Shown here in pieces: positions 18,618 to 28,899 of a stretch of DNA of 64,000 nucleotides. Positions within the stretch are counted from its first letter, which is position 1; each line of letters opens with the position of its first letter. The notes under the pieces are model-generated. The model was given only the letters and a program-made list of their open reading frames with translations. It did not search any database and was not told where the DNA came from. The translations under genes and the position numbers were made by a program. Source of the stretch: an uncultured virus (IMG/VR IMGVR_UViG_3300022851_000011). Taxonomy: Duplodnaviria > Heunggongvirae > Uroviricota > Caudoviricetes. The stretch spans positions 1 to 64,000 of the IMG/VR virus record IMGVR_UViG_3300022851_000011; one strand, written 5' to 3'.

Positions 18618-20266
18618 ACTGCCATCTTTGCTTTTATAGTGTCCTGTGGATTGTAGTTCTCAAGCTTGATATCATCCATTGTGAAACTATCAATATCTTT
18701 AATATCAGGGTTCAACCATAGCGTTGGTAAATCCTGTGGTTCTCGTGATAGCTGTTCATTGACTTGATCGAAGTGATTGCTATAAATGTGAGCATCGCCT
18801 AATGTCAGGATTAGTTCACCTACATCAAGCCCGCATACTTGAGCAATCATATGTGTAAGTAAAGCATAACTGGCGATATTGAATGGAACGCCTAAAAAAA
18901 GGTCACAAGAACGCTGGTTCATATGGCATGATAGTTTGCCATTAGCCACATAGAATTGAAAGATCATATGACACGGTGGTAGAGCCATATCTTGAAGTTC
19001 TCCCGGATTATACGCTGTAACGATATGTCTACGGCTGTCAGGGTCATTCTTAATGCTTTCAATGACATCAGCGATTTGATCTACAAAAAATTGCTGTCTC
19101 CATTTATATCCGATTGGCGGTGATTTTTTGCTAAATGACCAATTTATAGAATTGCCGTTTTGTTCACGGAATGCTCTATTTACCATATCAGTATCTTTAA
19201 TATCTTTTTGTTTATAGAACAAGGATGGTGTTGTGAATTTGAATTCTTCATTAGATTTCTTATTGGTCGCAATAATCAAATCATTATTATGTTTAGGTAA
19301 AATATATTGATTATACCACATAGGTAGAAATATAGTTGATTCTATTCCATAAAATTTATTACCAAAATAATCTTTATCTAATTCATATTTTGAATGGTTA
19401 ATAACCCATTTGTCAAATCCAACCAAACCATGAATATCTCTGTAAAAATTACTAAAACATCTCCACTTAGAATCCACATAAATACCTTGTTGTTTATAAA
19501 ATAGTGTCTTCTCAGTATTTTCACCATGACACCGCTCCATCATATTGAGCCACATATTATATGCTGATGTTAAATATTTTGATCGTTTATCGACTACTCC
19601 ATAACACCCAGCACCTTCAGCCGCAGTCATGGCATATGGGTTCTTTACAGTTTTTGAACGAATGTTAGGACGAGAGCAGTCTATGATGGTGTTGATACCT
19701 TCTAAAAATTGAACTCGGTAATACGAATTGCCATTTCTCACATCAAGTTTTTTAAGAATTTTTATTTGCCCTGATTGATTTGTATCAAAAATCTTTCCTA
19801 CAAAATCATCACCACCTGTGTAATCTACTTGTTCTAAATCAAAATCCAAGGAAAATGGTTGATCGTCACCAATTTTAGTGCCCTGTTCTATTAGAGTTAC
19901 AGAATCTCGCCAAGAATCATATTTTGACCATTTTCGCCATTGGTAGCCATATACTTTTTGGAGGTCGCCTTCGAACTTTGCTTTGGGTTTCCAATAGTCA
20001 GCTTCAGCGTTAGCAGTCCAGATTGTGCGTTCAGTGCCATTGATTTCAGCTAATCGTCTTTCATCACCAGACCCTTCTAGGAACCATAGCAGTTCACTCT
20101 TTACAGCTTTGAACGCCAGCTTCTTGGTTGTAACGGCTGGAAAGCCTTCTGACAAATCAAATCGCATCTGGTGAGCGAATACAGAGCGTGTGCCTGTGCC
20201 CGTTCTATCGCCACGATCTACGCCGTTGTCCATGATGTGTTTAAGTGTTGTTAGGTAGTTCTGCAT
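18614..20266 (-). CDS. thyA: thymidylate synthase with an in-frame HNH-like endonuclease insertion
   Basis: [55 protein letters not shown]; about 280 extra aa between YQWRKW and VDQI. Confidence 0.93.
   Translation of the reverse strand: MQNYLTTLKHIMDNGVDRGDRTGTGTRSVFAHQMRFDLSEGFPAVTTKKLAFKAVKSELLWFLEGSGDERRLAEINGTERTIWTANAEADYWKPKAKFEGDLQKVYGYQWRKWSKYDSWRDSVTLIEQGTKIGDDQPFSLDFDLEQVDYTGGDDFVGKIFDTNQSGQIKILKKLDVRNGNSYYRVQFLEGINTIIDCSRPNIRSKTVKNPYAMTAAEGAGCYGVVDKRSKYLTSAYNMWLNMMERCHGENTEKTLFYKQQGIYVDSKWRCFSNFYRDIHGLVGFDKWVINHSKYELDKDYFGNKFYGIESTIFLPMWYNQYILPKHNNDLIIATNKKSNEEFKFTTPSLFYKQKDIKDTDMVNRAFREQNGNSINWSFSKKSPPIGYKWRQQFFVDQIADVIESIKNDPDSRRHIVTAYNPGELQDMALPPCHMIFQFYVANGKLSCHMNQRSCDLFLGVPFNIASYALLTHMIAQVCGLDVGELILTLGDAHIYSNHFDQVNEQLSREPQDLPTLWLNPDIKDIDSFTMDDIKLENYNPQDTIKAKMAV
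19085..19927 (-). mobile_element. in-frame inserted HNH-like homing endonuclease domain
   Basis: [11 protein letters not shown]...Y...[17 protein letters not shown]...ELDKD...Y...TIFLP; visibly more AT-rich than the thyA flanks. Confidence 0.75.
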
Positions 20267-20576
20267 CTGATGTTTCTTTCATTTTTGTACTAAGCCATAT
20301 TATTCTGAAGTTACCTTTTCTGGCGGCTCTTTCACACCAGCGAAGTTCGTTAGCGGTTGGAATACCACGCAAGGATACTGCGACTACATTGCGATCCTGT
20401 TGTAACTTAGGTGTCATCAACATTCGGTACATAGTATGAGCGATGTCCCAATTACGCACATCAAACACAAACGGCTCGTTGGGGAAATCTTCCCCTCTTG
20501 TCCATTGATCTGTTCTATAGCGTGGTAATATTTTCATGTCATCTTCTTCTCCGGTTTGAATCTTTGCTTCCGTCAT
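20241..20576 (-). CDS. hypothetical protein
   Basis: ORF overlapping neighbours in the operon. Confidence 0.5.
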   Translation of the reverse strand: MTEAKIQTGEEDDMKILPRYRTDQWTRGEDFPNEPFVFDVRNWDIAHTMYRMLMTPKLQQDRNVVAVSLRGIPTANELRWCERAARKGNFRIIWLSTKMKETSDAELPNNT

Positions 20577-20862
20577 AGTAGCTGGGGTCTTTCTTTTGGA
20601 CCCACTTCACGAAAGTCTGGATTTGCTCATGTTCCCTAAGTCTTTCCCAAGTATGATAATGTTTTAGTAACTCTCGTTCAGTAAAGGTTGCGTGTATCTT
20701 TCTGTGACATATTTTATGTAATGGTTCTTTTGCTTTACCCTTGAAAGTTTTAGGAATCAAGTGATGCTCGTCTATGTTCACTATTCCTAGTACACGCCAA
20801 CATAATGGACAGATTTCAAACAGTGACATTATGACCATCCGTACATATAAGTCTGTTTGCAT
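20539..20862 (-). CDS. small HNH endonuclease-family protein
   Basis: CPLC...DEHHLIP...CHRKIH. Confidence 0.75.
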   Translation of the reverse strand: MQTDLYVRMVIMSLFEICPLCWRVLGIVNIDEHHLIPKTFKGKAKEPLHKICHRKIHATFTERELLKHYHTWERLREHEQIQTFVKWVQKKDPSYYDGSKDSNRRRR

Positions 20863-20898
20863 TTGCTACATTTGAACACATATGGATACCAATCACAT

Positions 20899-21492
20899 TC
20901 ATATTCTTCCAGTTAATTCACGCATACGCCGGGTGCCGAATACCGCAGCAGTTTCGTTTATATATGAGCTTTCCGAAATAATAAATTGATATTTACGGAA
21001 ATCTGTATCCGCTTGATGATATTTTTTTAGATCATTTTTATTTAAAATCTTAAATGACCTACCCGGTTCGTTTTTATTATACACGGATATTGAATGTCCC
21101 TGATCTATCAATCTCTCCCAGATACTAAACCCCTCATTGGATAATTGAACATCACTCATAATTCTAATAGATTTGTGAGTATCTTTCAACACACGGTTGT
21201 ATAGGTCAGATGCATAGGGCATTGATCCCTTGTATTTTTTTCCTACCGAATTGACAACATATGATTGTGGCTTCACATCAAATTCTGCTGCTAATAATAT
21301 TTCACCATTTTTTTCATACCAATAGGATACCACTTCATTACCCATCTTGAACCAATTATCGCCCAATGATACTTTACTGGTATGTTTTAGGCGATCTTTG
21401 ATATGGTATTCCAACATATCAAACAGTTCAAAATCGCCTATATTCTCTGGCATTTCTGTTAGCCAAGTATCGTCAAAACTTTCTCTACTCAT
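20899..21492 (-). CDS. putative internal protein with GNAT-like fold
   Basis: Start MSRESFDDTWLTE; SDVQLSNEGFSIWERL resembles the GNAT-like segment of the 1131-aa protein; ends RMRELTGRI. Confidence 0.5.
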   Translation of the reverse strand: MSRESFDDTWLTEMPENIGDFELFDMLEYHIKDRLKHTSKVSLGDNWFKMGNEVVSYWYEKNGEILLAAEFDVKPQSYVVNSVGKKYKGSMPYASDLYNRVLKDTHKSIRIMSDVQLSNEGFSIWERLIDQGHSISVYNKNEPGRSFKILNKNDLKKYHQADTDFRKYQFIISESSYINETAAVFGTRRMRELTGRI

Positions 21493-22018
21493 AATCTGGT
21501 ATACGTTCCCACGCTTCCATTTTACATTCTGGATGTTCGATTCGCTGAATGCATTCAAAGTTACCAATATGAAGACCAAGATCATGGGTAATATATGTAT
21601 CGGCTTCAAATACACCTTTAAATGTCGTTAGGTATATTTTATCACATATATCAAACGTTTGTCTATATATTTCAGCCCCGCCTATGATAAACGTGTCACA
21701 TGTAACAGGCGGGATGGATAGTTGGTTGCGTAGATGTAGATTAATAACAAAATTTTTCCAATCATCCCCCAATACCATCGCATAGGCTTCATTGCGTCCA
21801 ATATCACGCTGTGTTAGAGTTTTAGAAACGATCAGACTTAAACGGTTCGGCAGGGGTTTGCTCGGCAAACTATCCCACGTCTTTCGCCCCATAACGACAT
21901 TGTTATTTTTAGTTAGGTTGCGAAACCATTTCATATCGTGATCACTACGGGGCCACGGTAACGCACCTTTGTTACCGATAGCCCCGTTTTCATCAATGGC
22001 TAAGATTGCTGAAATCAT
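21485..22018 (-). CDS. folA: dihydrofolate reductase
   Basis: IGNKGALPW...DMKWF...VMGRKTWDSLP.KPLPNR...IIGGAEIY. Confidence 0.95.
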   Translation of the reverse strand: MISAILAIDENGAIGNKGALPWPRSDHDMKWFRNLTKNNNVVMGRKTWDSLPSKPLPNRLSLIVSKTLTQRDIGRNEAYAMVLGDDWKNFVINLHLRNQLSIPPVTCDTFIIGGAEIYRQTFDICDKIYLTTFKGVFEADTYITHDLGLHIGNFECIQRIEHPECKMEAWERIPDYE

Positions 22019-22422
22019 TATGCGTACGGATCAGCCCAACCAACCAACTCGTCTTGGTTATCATAGTCTTTCCAAATAATCATATTCGGTAAACTAATGT
22101 CAAACTTTTGACGGGCACGTAGGTCTTCCAATGTACGGTCAAAGTCTTTGACCTCGTAAACCTTCATACCATTCATTTGGTGGTTATCGTTATCAAGGAT
22201 ACGTGATGAGCCATAATACCACGTGCCATCCTTTTCACGGAATACAAGCATAAAGTCTGGCTCATAATCCTTTAGTTCACCATCATTTCCTTCTTTAAGA
22301 ATATCAAGTTCTTTGTCTTTGATCTGCTCGATACGCCCCAACGTTTCAATACGCTTCTTTGTTTCTTCGAAGGTTTCCTTATTGCCAGCGGTTACACTGT
22401 CTTTTTTACTCTTTTTAACCAT
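22018..22422 (-). CDS. hypothetical protein
   Basis: Likely start MVKKSKK coupled to the clpP stop. Confidence 0.55.
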   Translation of the reverse strand: MVKKSKKDSVTAGNKETFEETKKRIETLGRIEQIKDKELDILKEGNDGELKDYEPDFMLVFREKDGTWYYGSSRILDNDNHQMNGMKVYEVKDFDRTLEDLRARQKFDISLPNMIIWKDYDNQDELVGWADPYA

Positions 22423-22976
22423 TAATATGTTTCCTTTATTTTGTCGCAAATACCAAGCGCCAATGCTTCTTCGGCATCAAGCCATACATCGGATTCTGGT
22501 AACAACTTCTTGCGAACTTTCTTTTCTGATAAACCAGTGCACTTAGTGTAATGATCTAATAATCGTCTGCTTGTAAGATTAAACTCTTTTGTTACTGAAA
22601 ATAGTTCGTGTTCCTTACCACGTGATCCCCCGCTATATTGATGTGACAAGATAGACGTATTCGGTGTAAGAGTACGGTGACCTTTTTCACCAGCCATGAA
22701 CATAAGTAAGCCACAACTTGCGATCATGCCAATGCCGACTGTGCGGACAGGGATAGAAGAACCCTTCATTGTATCAATCAATGCAAAACAAGCATTTACG
22801 TCGCCGCCGGGTGAATTGACAATAAGTGTGATATATTTCTTTTTCTTGGCTTGAAGATTTTCTTCAATAATCCATTCGATGACTGGTTTAAGTGACGCTT
22901 GTGTAACTTCGGTCATAAAAAGATACATACCGTTATCGTTTAGTGACTTCTTTTCATTTTTATTATCTTCAGACAT
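22422..22976 (-). CDS. clpP: ATP-dependent Clp protease proteolytic subunit
   Basis: NSPGG, GMIASCG (Ser), SHQ (His), DVWLDAEEALALGICD. Confidence 0.9.
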   Translation of the reverse strand: MSEDNKNEKKSLNDNGMYLFMTEVTQASLKPVIEWIIEENLQAKKKKYITLIVNSPGGDVNACFALIDTMKGSSIPVRTVGIGMIASCGLLMFMAGEKGHRTLTPNTSILSHQYSGGSRGKEHELFSVTKEFNLTSRRLLDHYTKCTGLSEKKVRKKLLPESDVWLDAEEALALGICDKIKETY

Positions 22977-23295
22977 CTGTTTTGGGTTTCCTTCCCGGTT
23001 TGAGTCCGACAGCACGTGGTGTGCCATCAATATTTAAATCATACGATTGTGCTAATCGTTCTATATTCATTCCGTCAATCCTGTGAATATCTCCATACGT
23101 AATAGTATAGGTAATATGTGGATCACGGGGGCTAATACCGGAACACCCGGCGTCTTCTACTCGTTGAAGGACTAGTTCTTTATTGATTCTAACCTTCTCG
23201 TATCCGATACCTTTGGCATTAACGGTGGCATGAACTTTTGTTTCGTATTGAATAATACCAAGCTCACGAAATTTATTAACTAATGTTGTCTTCAT
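22969..23295 (-). CDS. hypothetical protein
   Basis: IDGMNIERLAQSYDL motif; in operon. Confidence 0.6.
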   Translation of the reverse strand: MKTTLVNKFRELGIIQYETKVHATVNAKGIGYEKVRINKELVLQRVEDAGCSGISPRDPHITYTITYGDIHRIDGMNIERLAQSYDLNIDGTPRAVGLKPGRKPKTDV

Positions 23296-24004
23296 TTTCT
23301 AACCTATATTCCTCCACTTTTTTAATTACGTCACCCATTGCGAGTGACATTGCAAACATATCTTTTTTGGTTTTTGCCCACACGAATGGCTGTGAATTAT
23401 AAAAAAAATACCCTGATGAGGATGATAATCTATCCATGGTATAGTCGCTAGTTAAATACCCGTCCGTTTTAATAAGACGCACCAAATCGTCTGCTCGGTC
23501 CATTGCCCTGTCGGTAGAAAGATACATCTTATAGCGATAGCCACCATGTGGTAGTGTGTCTTTGCGAATAACCACACTTTGATGTTGATCTTCTACCATC
23601 GTATGAGAAATATCATTGATAGTAATCGGCTTGTATCCACGGTTTTTCTTTGCGTAGTTATCAGCCCATGTCTTGACCGTTTCCAGCAGTAACTCAAGTT
23701 TATCGTCGCCCTGTATTACAAATAGGCTGATACTGATATAATCATCTCGGAATCTACAACCATCTGTTGTGTAGATATCTCTAGCAATTGTTTTGACTTC
23801 ATGCACAAGATGGTCATATGTTCCGTATCTACGCCGCCCGTCGATAACATATTCTGAATCAATACGAAATGAAATACGGGTATTGAATTTACTAAACCAC
23901 ATTTTTCCGTGTTCTGACACACTATACTTGTGTGAATCTACGATTTTAACAGTATTGATATCGTCCAATGTTTTCTTAATCGATTTCGATAATACCTTGG
24001 TCAT
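23276..24004 (-). CDS. hypothetical protein
   Basis: 242-aa ORF between clpA and clpP. Confidence 0.6.
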   Translation of the reverse strand: MTKVLSKSIKKTLDDINTVKIVDSHKYSVSEHGKMWFSKFNTRISFRIDSEYVIDGRRRYGTYDHLVHEVKTIARDIYTTDGCRFRDDYISISLFVIQGDDKLELLLETVKTWADNYAKKNRGYKPITINDISHTMVEDQHQSVVIRKDTLPHGGYRYKMYLSTDRAMDRADDLVRLIKTDGYLTSDYTMDRLSSSSGYFFYNSQPFVWAKTKKDMFAMSLAMGDVIKKVEEYRLENEDNIS

Positions 24005-26276
24005 TAATGGCCTCTTTTTCTAAATTTTCAATTGGAAGGGGATTTGTGAAGTCAAATGTGACCTCTTTATCCTTATAGTTTACCACAATAATGCTACCTT
24101 TGTCAAGTTTTTCGAACAGCATCTTCTTGGCAAGCGGGACTTTGATTTCTTGATCGATGATACGTGCCAATGGACGTGCACCCGTCTTTGGATCAAAGCC
24201 ACTATCTACAAGGTATTCTACAAGTTCATCCGTGGTACGAATTTTCATATCACGTTCACTAAGAAGTTCATTAACATCATTCATGAACTTATTGACAATC
24301 TTTTTCATCGCCATTTTAGATAACTTGCCGAATTTACATACAGCATCGACACGGTTACGGAATTCTGGTGCAAAGTATGCTTCATACTCTTTATCTTCTT
24401 CACCTGATTTCTGCAACGCTGCACCGGATAATCCGAAGCCGATGTTGTTTTTCTCGTTTGCCGCAGCACCCAAGTTTGATGTCAAAATGATAACACAGTT
24501 ACGTGCATCTGCTCGTTGACCTTTGGCACTGGTGACATAACCTTCGTCCATCATTTGCAACAAGATGTTTAGAACATCAGGGTGCGCCTTTTCAACTTCG
24601 TCAAAAAGAATGATAGCGTTAGGATTTTCTTTGATGTCTTTAATCAAAAGACCCGGTGTATCGTCGTGACCTACGTAACCCGCAGGGGCACCAACGAAAC
24701 GTGCAATGGCGTGTTTCTCTTGATATTCACTCATATCATATCGCAACAGTTTCATTGCAAGTTCACGTGACAGCTGTTTCGCCAACTCGGTTTTACCCAC
24801 ACCCGTTGGACCCATAAACATAAAGGAACCAATCGGCTTGTCGTGTGATTTCAATCCAGCCTTTGCCACGAAGATTTTATCAAGAACTTTATCAACTGAA
24901 TCATCTTGACCGAACACATTGGTTTTGATATTGATTTCAATATTTTGCAAGTTCTCGGACTTTTCTTTATCGTCCATTGTATTCATTGGAACACCCGTTG
25001 CACGGGCTAACTCCGTCAATACATCAACTTTCTTGATTACGAAGTTCTTATTACCAAGCAACCGTTGCTTTGCACAAGCCGCATCAATCAAATCAATCGC
25101 TTTGTCGGGAAGTTTCTTATCGGCTTGATAACGAACGGAATAATCAACCGCCGCTTCGATGGCATCCTTTTTGATAGCCTTTGCGCCATGATGTTCACGA
25201 ATATATACCGAAATCGCCGCAACAATATCCTTGGCAACTTCTGGCGTTGGTTCATCAACGGTCAAACGATAGAAACGCCGCATCATAGCACGGTCTTTTT
25301 CGAATGATGTGGTATATTCATCCCATGTTGTTGATGCAATAACCTTGATTCCGCCACGACCAAGTGCTGGCTTCAGCATATTGGCGAAATCTGGACCGCC
25401 GCCAGTGCCAGCATTGCCAGCACCACGCATCGTGTGCGCTTCGTCGATAAACAAGATTGACTTGCCACGTGCTTCAAGTGCTTCAATGGTTTCTTTGATT
25501 TTCTCTTCAAACTCACCACGGAACTTACAACCTGCAAGCAATGACCCAACATCAAGGTTCCACACCGCCCATCCTACAAGATAGTCAGGCACTTTGCCTT
25601 CGTTGATTTTCAATGCCAATCCTTCTGCAATCGCAGTCTTACCAACGCCGGGATCACCGACCATTAGCACGTTTGACTTTGTGCGTCTTGCAAGAACTTG
25701 TGCAATATCATCAAGTTCGGCATCACGTCCAATAACGGGATCAATCTTTCCGTTATCTGCCATCTCGTTAAGATTGCTACAGTATTCTTCAAGCAACTCT
25801 TGCGCTTGGGTTTCGTTCATTTTTTTAGATTTATTTGTTGCGCCCTTTTTGTCCTTGGGCTGATACATTTCCATGATATCGTCTTTAGAAGGAAGATATT
25901 TAAGAAGATAATATGCGGCGTGTGAGTTGGTTTCGGCAAGGATGCTCAAATATAGGTCAATGCTATCCATACGGCTTCGACCACTGAACAACACTTGTGT
26001 ATAGGCACGGTTAAATACACGCTCAAGGGCATGTGTTCGCTTTGGTGTGCCTGTATGCCGACTGATAAGTTCTGGACGATCCCGCATATAAGTTACTAAC
26101 TCATCACGAAGTCCTTCAACGTCAACCTTGACTTCTGCAAGAATGGTTGAAAACTCTCGGTCTTTGATCAACCCGAACAAAAGGTGTTCAAGTGTAACAT
26201 ATTGATGCTTTAGTTTTGCTGCATAGTCTTGTGATGCATCAATGATCTTGTTGATATCTGGATTTTCTTCTAACAT
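23976..26276 (-). CDS. clpA: ClpA-type AAA+ chaperone/unfoldase
   Basis: Clp N-domain (LEHLL), GDPGVGKT, FIDEAH, GPTGVGKT, FDEVEKAHP, IGF loop, GARPL; no ClpB middle domain. Confidence 0.9.
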   Translation of the reverse strand: MLEENPDINKIIDASQDYAAKLKHQYVTLEHLLFGLIKDREFSTILAEVKVDVEGLRDELVTYMRDRPELISRHTGTPKRTHALERVFNRAYTQVLFSGRSRMDSIDLYLSILAETNSHAAYYLLKYLPSKDDIMEMYQPKDKKGATNKSKKMNETQAQELLEEYCSNLNEMADNGKIDPVIGRDAELDDIAQVLARRTKSNVLMVGDPGVGKTAIAEGLALKINEGKVPDYLVGWAVWNLDVGSLLAGCKFRGEFEEKIKETIEALEARGKSILFIDEAHTMRGAGNAGTGGGPDFANMLKPALGRGGIKVIASTTWDEYTTSFEKDRAMMRRFYRLTVDEPTPEVAKDIVAAISVYIREHHGAKAIKKDAIEAAVDYSVRYQADKKLPDKAIDLIDAACAKQRLLGNKNFVIKKVDVLTELARATGVPMNTMDDKEKSENLQNIEINIKTNVFGQDDSVDKVLDKIFVAKAGLKSHDKPIGSFMFMGPTGVGKTELAKQLSRELAMKLLRYDMSEYQEKHAIARFVGAPAGYVGHDDTPGLLIKDIKENPNAIILFDEVEKAHPDVLNILLQMMDEGYVTSAKGQRADARNCVIILTSNLGAAANEKNNIGFGLSGAALQKSGEEDKEYEAYFAPEFRNRVDAVCKFGKLSKMAMKKIVNKFMNDVNELLSERDMKIRTTDELVEYLVDSGFDPKTGARPLARIIDQEIKVPLAKKMLFEKLDKGSIIVVNYKDKEVTFDFTNPLPIENLEKEAINDQGIIEID

Positions 26277-26279
26277 TGT

Positions 26280-27122
26280 TTACTCCGATTTTGCTTTCTT
26301 GATAAAATCAAGTTGTTTAGGGGTTAGATTTTTTGGTGTCTTAACGCTCACTTGGATAAAGATACTTCCCTTCTTTTCTCGGAAACGAAGACCTTCATCT
26401 CTTAGATTCAGAACTTGTCCATTGTCTGTCCCTGCTGGGATTTTCACTTTCAAGTTCTTTCCTGATAATGTCTGTATTATTTCTTCACACCCAAGAATGG
26501 CGTCAAGACTATCGATAACCATAGTAGAAACCAAGTCCAACCCTTTCTTTTCAAAGGTTTTATGAGGACTAAGCATTATAGTAACATACAAGTCACCCCT
26601 TGTCAATGATGGATTGGCATTATCTCCAAGACCAGCGATATGAAGTGTTTCGCCATGTTGAATATAAGGCGGAATGTTGACTTTTACAAGTTCACGTTCA
26701 CCATTACTCATTCTGATGCTTAAATGCTTTTCAACAGATACATCGGTTTCATTCATTATAAGTTCGTCAAGTGTTACATTTAGTGTAATGTTCAGATTAT
26801 GGTTTTTTGTTTGACGTGGACGAAACCCGCCGCCTCTTGCTGCCATTTGTTCTTCCATTTGGCGTAGAATATCTTCCATTCCTCTACCACTTCTGAACTC
26901 TTCAAATCGGTTTTGTTGGCGTCCACCAAACTGTGAACGTGCATCATATGCCTGTCGTGTCTCAGGGTTCTTTAATGTGTCATACGCTTCGCTGATTTGT
27001 TTGAACTGATTTTCATCACCGCCCAAGTCTGGATGATGCTTTTTAGCCAGTGTCTTGTATGCTTGTTTGATTGTATTGTCCGAAGCGTTTTTTTCTACCC
27101 CGAGAACTTGATAATAGTCCAT
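26280..27122 (-). CDS. DnaJ/CbpA-type co-chaperone (no zinc finger)
   Basis: J-domain with HPD; C-terminal GDLYV...IPAGT. Confidence 0.9.
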   Translation of the reverse strand: MDYYQVLGVEKNASDNTIKQAYKTLAKKHHPDLGGDENQFKQISEAYDTLKNPETRQAYDARSQFGGRQQNRFEEFRSGRGMEDILRQMEEQMAARGGGFRPRQTKNHNLNITLNVTLDELIMNETDVSVEKHLSIRMSNGERELVKVNIPPYIQHGETLHIAGLGDNANPSLTRGDLYVTIMLSPHKTFEKKGLDLVSTMVIDSLDAILGCEEIIQTLSGKNLKVKIPAGTDNGQVLNLRDEGLRFREKKGSIFIQVSVKTPKNLTPKQLDFIKKAKSE

Positions 27123-27369
27123 ATTCTATTTACCCATCTGTTTCATTGTGCCATTTCCAGAATATACGATCATTCTCAAGACACTCATACCCGCATGGGT
27201 TACATCTGGGTGGTTGCAAGCTGCTGGGTAATAGGCATTATGCACACAAGTCATGCACCCACGCCTAACATCGTCGGGGGTTTCTTCACGTGCCATAGCT
27301 GGCCAAAATAGCTTTTTATTCATTGGAGTATTATACAATAAAAAAGGAGGCTTGTCCACCCCCTTTTAG

Positions 27370-27642
27370 TTATTTTTCTGATGGACAGTTCGCATCATAT
27401 TTTTTGTTATGTGCGTCTATCGCTTCAAGGTCTAACCTTATGTTGCGGTCGCCTTTACGAAGACCCGGTTCTAAGGCTGTAATAGTTGCTTCGGATAGGT
27501 TGATTGGGTCTGTCCACACGCAACCATTCGAAACAATTCCGTCAACCTTTACGGTTACGCAAGCTGTCAAGGAGATCATCATCAGACTGACGACGAACAT
27601 CGTCCTCAATATCGCCAGCTTCTTTAGCTCGTTCAACTTCAT
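27370..27642 (-). CDS. o-spanin (Rz1-like lipoprotein)
   Basis: Lipobox SLTAC; overlaps the upstream gene in another frame; end of the lysis cassette. Confidence 0.65.
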   Translation of the reverse strand: MKLNELKKLAILRTMFVVSLMMISLTACVTVKVDGIVSNGCVWTDPINLSEATITALEPGLRKGDRNIRLDLEAIDAHNKKYDANCPSEK

Positions 27643-27781
27643 CTTTAAGTTGCTCCTTTATTACTTTATCTGCGCCTTTTTCAATATTAGTAGCATCACG
27701 CTTGCTTGATTCCCAAGCTTTGATAACACCACCAACAAGGCTGTCAAATAGTTTTCCAGCAAGGCTCGCTAAAAAGTTCAT
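27542..27781 (-). CDS. putative i-spanin (Rz-like)
   Basis: Hydrophobic N-terminus then coiled coil; between the holin-like gene and the lipoprotein. Confidence 0.55.
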   Translation of the reverse strand: MNFLASLAGKLFDSLVGGVIKAWESSKRDATNIEKGADKVIKEQLKDEVERAKEAGDIEDDVRRQSDDDLLDSLRNRKG

Positions 27782-28152
27782 TACTTCTTAGCTGGCACGT
27801 CGAGTTTAGTAAGAACCAACTCTTTTACCTGATCTTCAGACAACTTGAACTTCTTAACAGCGTCAGGAACCTTAGTAAGAACGTATGATGCTGCGTGAGC
27901 GACCAATGCATTCTTTGTTTCAACTTTAGCCCAATCGGCATCTTTAAGTTCTTCTTCGGCTTTGTGCTTGCCGTAAGTAACGCCACGCTCAATAGCGCCC
28001 ATAACTACTTCACGAATTTTGTCTTCGTTTTCTAGTCCAAACTTCTGCTGAACTTTGTATAATGCCCAACTACCAACTGCTAGAACAACACCGCCGAGGC
28101 ATTGTAGTAGGATGGTTAGAACTGGACTTAGATCGATTACTGATGTTTCCAT
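27781..28152 (-). CDS. putative holin
   Basis: N-terminal TM helix; directly downstream of the lysozyme. Confidence 0.55.
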   Translation of the reverse strand: METSVIDLSPVLTILLQCLGGVVLAVGSWALYKVQQKFGLENEDKIREVVMGAIERGVTYGKHKAEEELKDADWAKVETKNALVAHAASYVLTKVPDAVKKFKLSEDQVKELVLTKLDVPAKK

Positions 28153-28171
28153 TTTGATAACTCCTAGTTAT

Positions 28172-28221
28172 ATATGTATATTATTTATCTTAGTTAATAT
28201 GTATATTATTTATCTTAGTTA
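28172..28221. repeat. 25-bp perfect tandem duplication containing a late-promoter motif
   Basis: ATATGTATATTATTTATCTTAGTTA x2 (ATAAATA on the minus strand). Confidence 0.9.
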
Positions 28222-28899
28222 AACGGTTCGCATACGTTTTACGAGTCGTTCTGCACGATTGGTTACTTGTCGATACCAACGTGAGTTAACCATTTCATCT
28301 GCTGCTTTAATCCATTTTGCGTTATCAATGAAAGCAATGGTTCGTTGGAACTTACCCAAACGATTTCTACCCATATTAAACGCCATATTTGCAGTGATAA
28401 GTCTAACTTCTTCGGGTAGGTTATCCCAATCTGCGAATAGTTGGCGACAATCATTGATGGATATTTGGATATCTTCTCTGAATGCGTCGTAGCAACGTTC
28501 TTTTGATACTGGTGTGCCAACTGGTTTTCCGTATTCTGGATCACTGGGTTTAACTAAGTGACCAATCCCGAACGTAGGATATCCAAGATGGTCAAGATAT
28601 ATTTCATATTTAATACCTTCGTCACGCTCTAAGTCGCTACGTAGTTTAACAATAAAGTCTTCTGTAGATATTGTTTGTTTGCGTTCTTTAGCGATATCGG
28701 CAGATGCTTTCGTTGCGTCTACGGTTGCCTGTTTCTCTGCTTTTTCATCGGCTTCTTGTTGGGTTATTGCTTTTTGGCGTTGTTTTTCACGAACGGCGAC
28801 TGCCTTTTCTTTTTTCTTTTGTGCCTTACTGCGGTTAACTTCAAGTTCGCTTTTCTGCTCGGTCTTAAATATATTTTTTAACCAACTGAAAAAACTCAT
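28219..28899 (-). CDS. T4-type lysozyme (endolysin) with charged N-terminal extension
   Basis: DEGIKYEIYLDHLGYPTFGIGHL...NMAFNMG...SRWYRQVTNRAERL. Confidence 0.9.
   Translation of the reverse strand: MSFFSWLKNIFKTEQKSELEVNRSKAQKKKEKAVAVREKQRQKAITQQEADEKAEKQATVDATKASADIAKERKQTISTEDFIVKLRSDLERDEGIKYEIYLDHLGYPTFGIGHLVKPSDPEYGKPVGTPVSKERCYDAFREDIQISINDCRQLFADWDNLPEEVRLITANMAFNMGRNRLGKFQRTIAFIDNAKWIKAADEMVNSRWYRQVTNRAERLVKRMRTV

Noticed and set aside
19085..19927. Canonical intein or group I intron in thyA
   Set aside because: No TxxH block B or terminal HN/HQ plus nucleophile, and no P/Q/R/S-like elements found.
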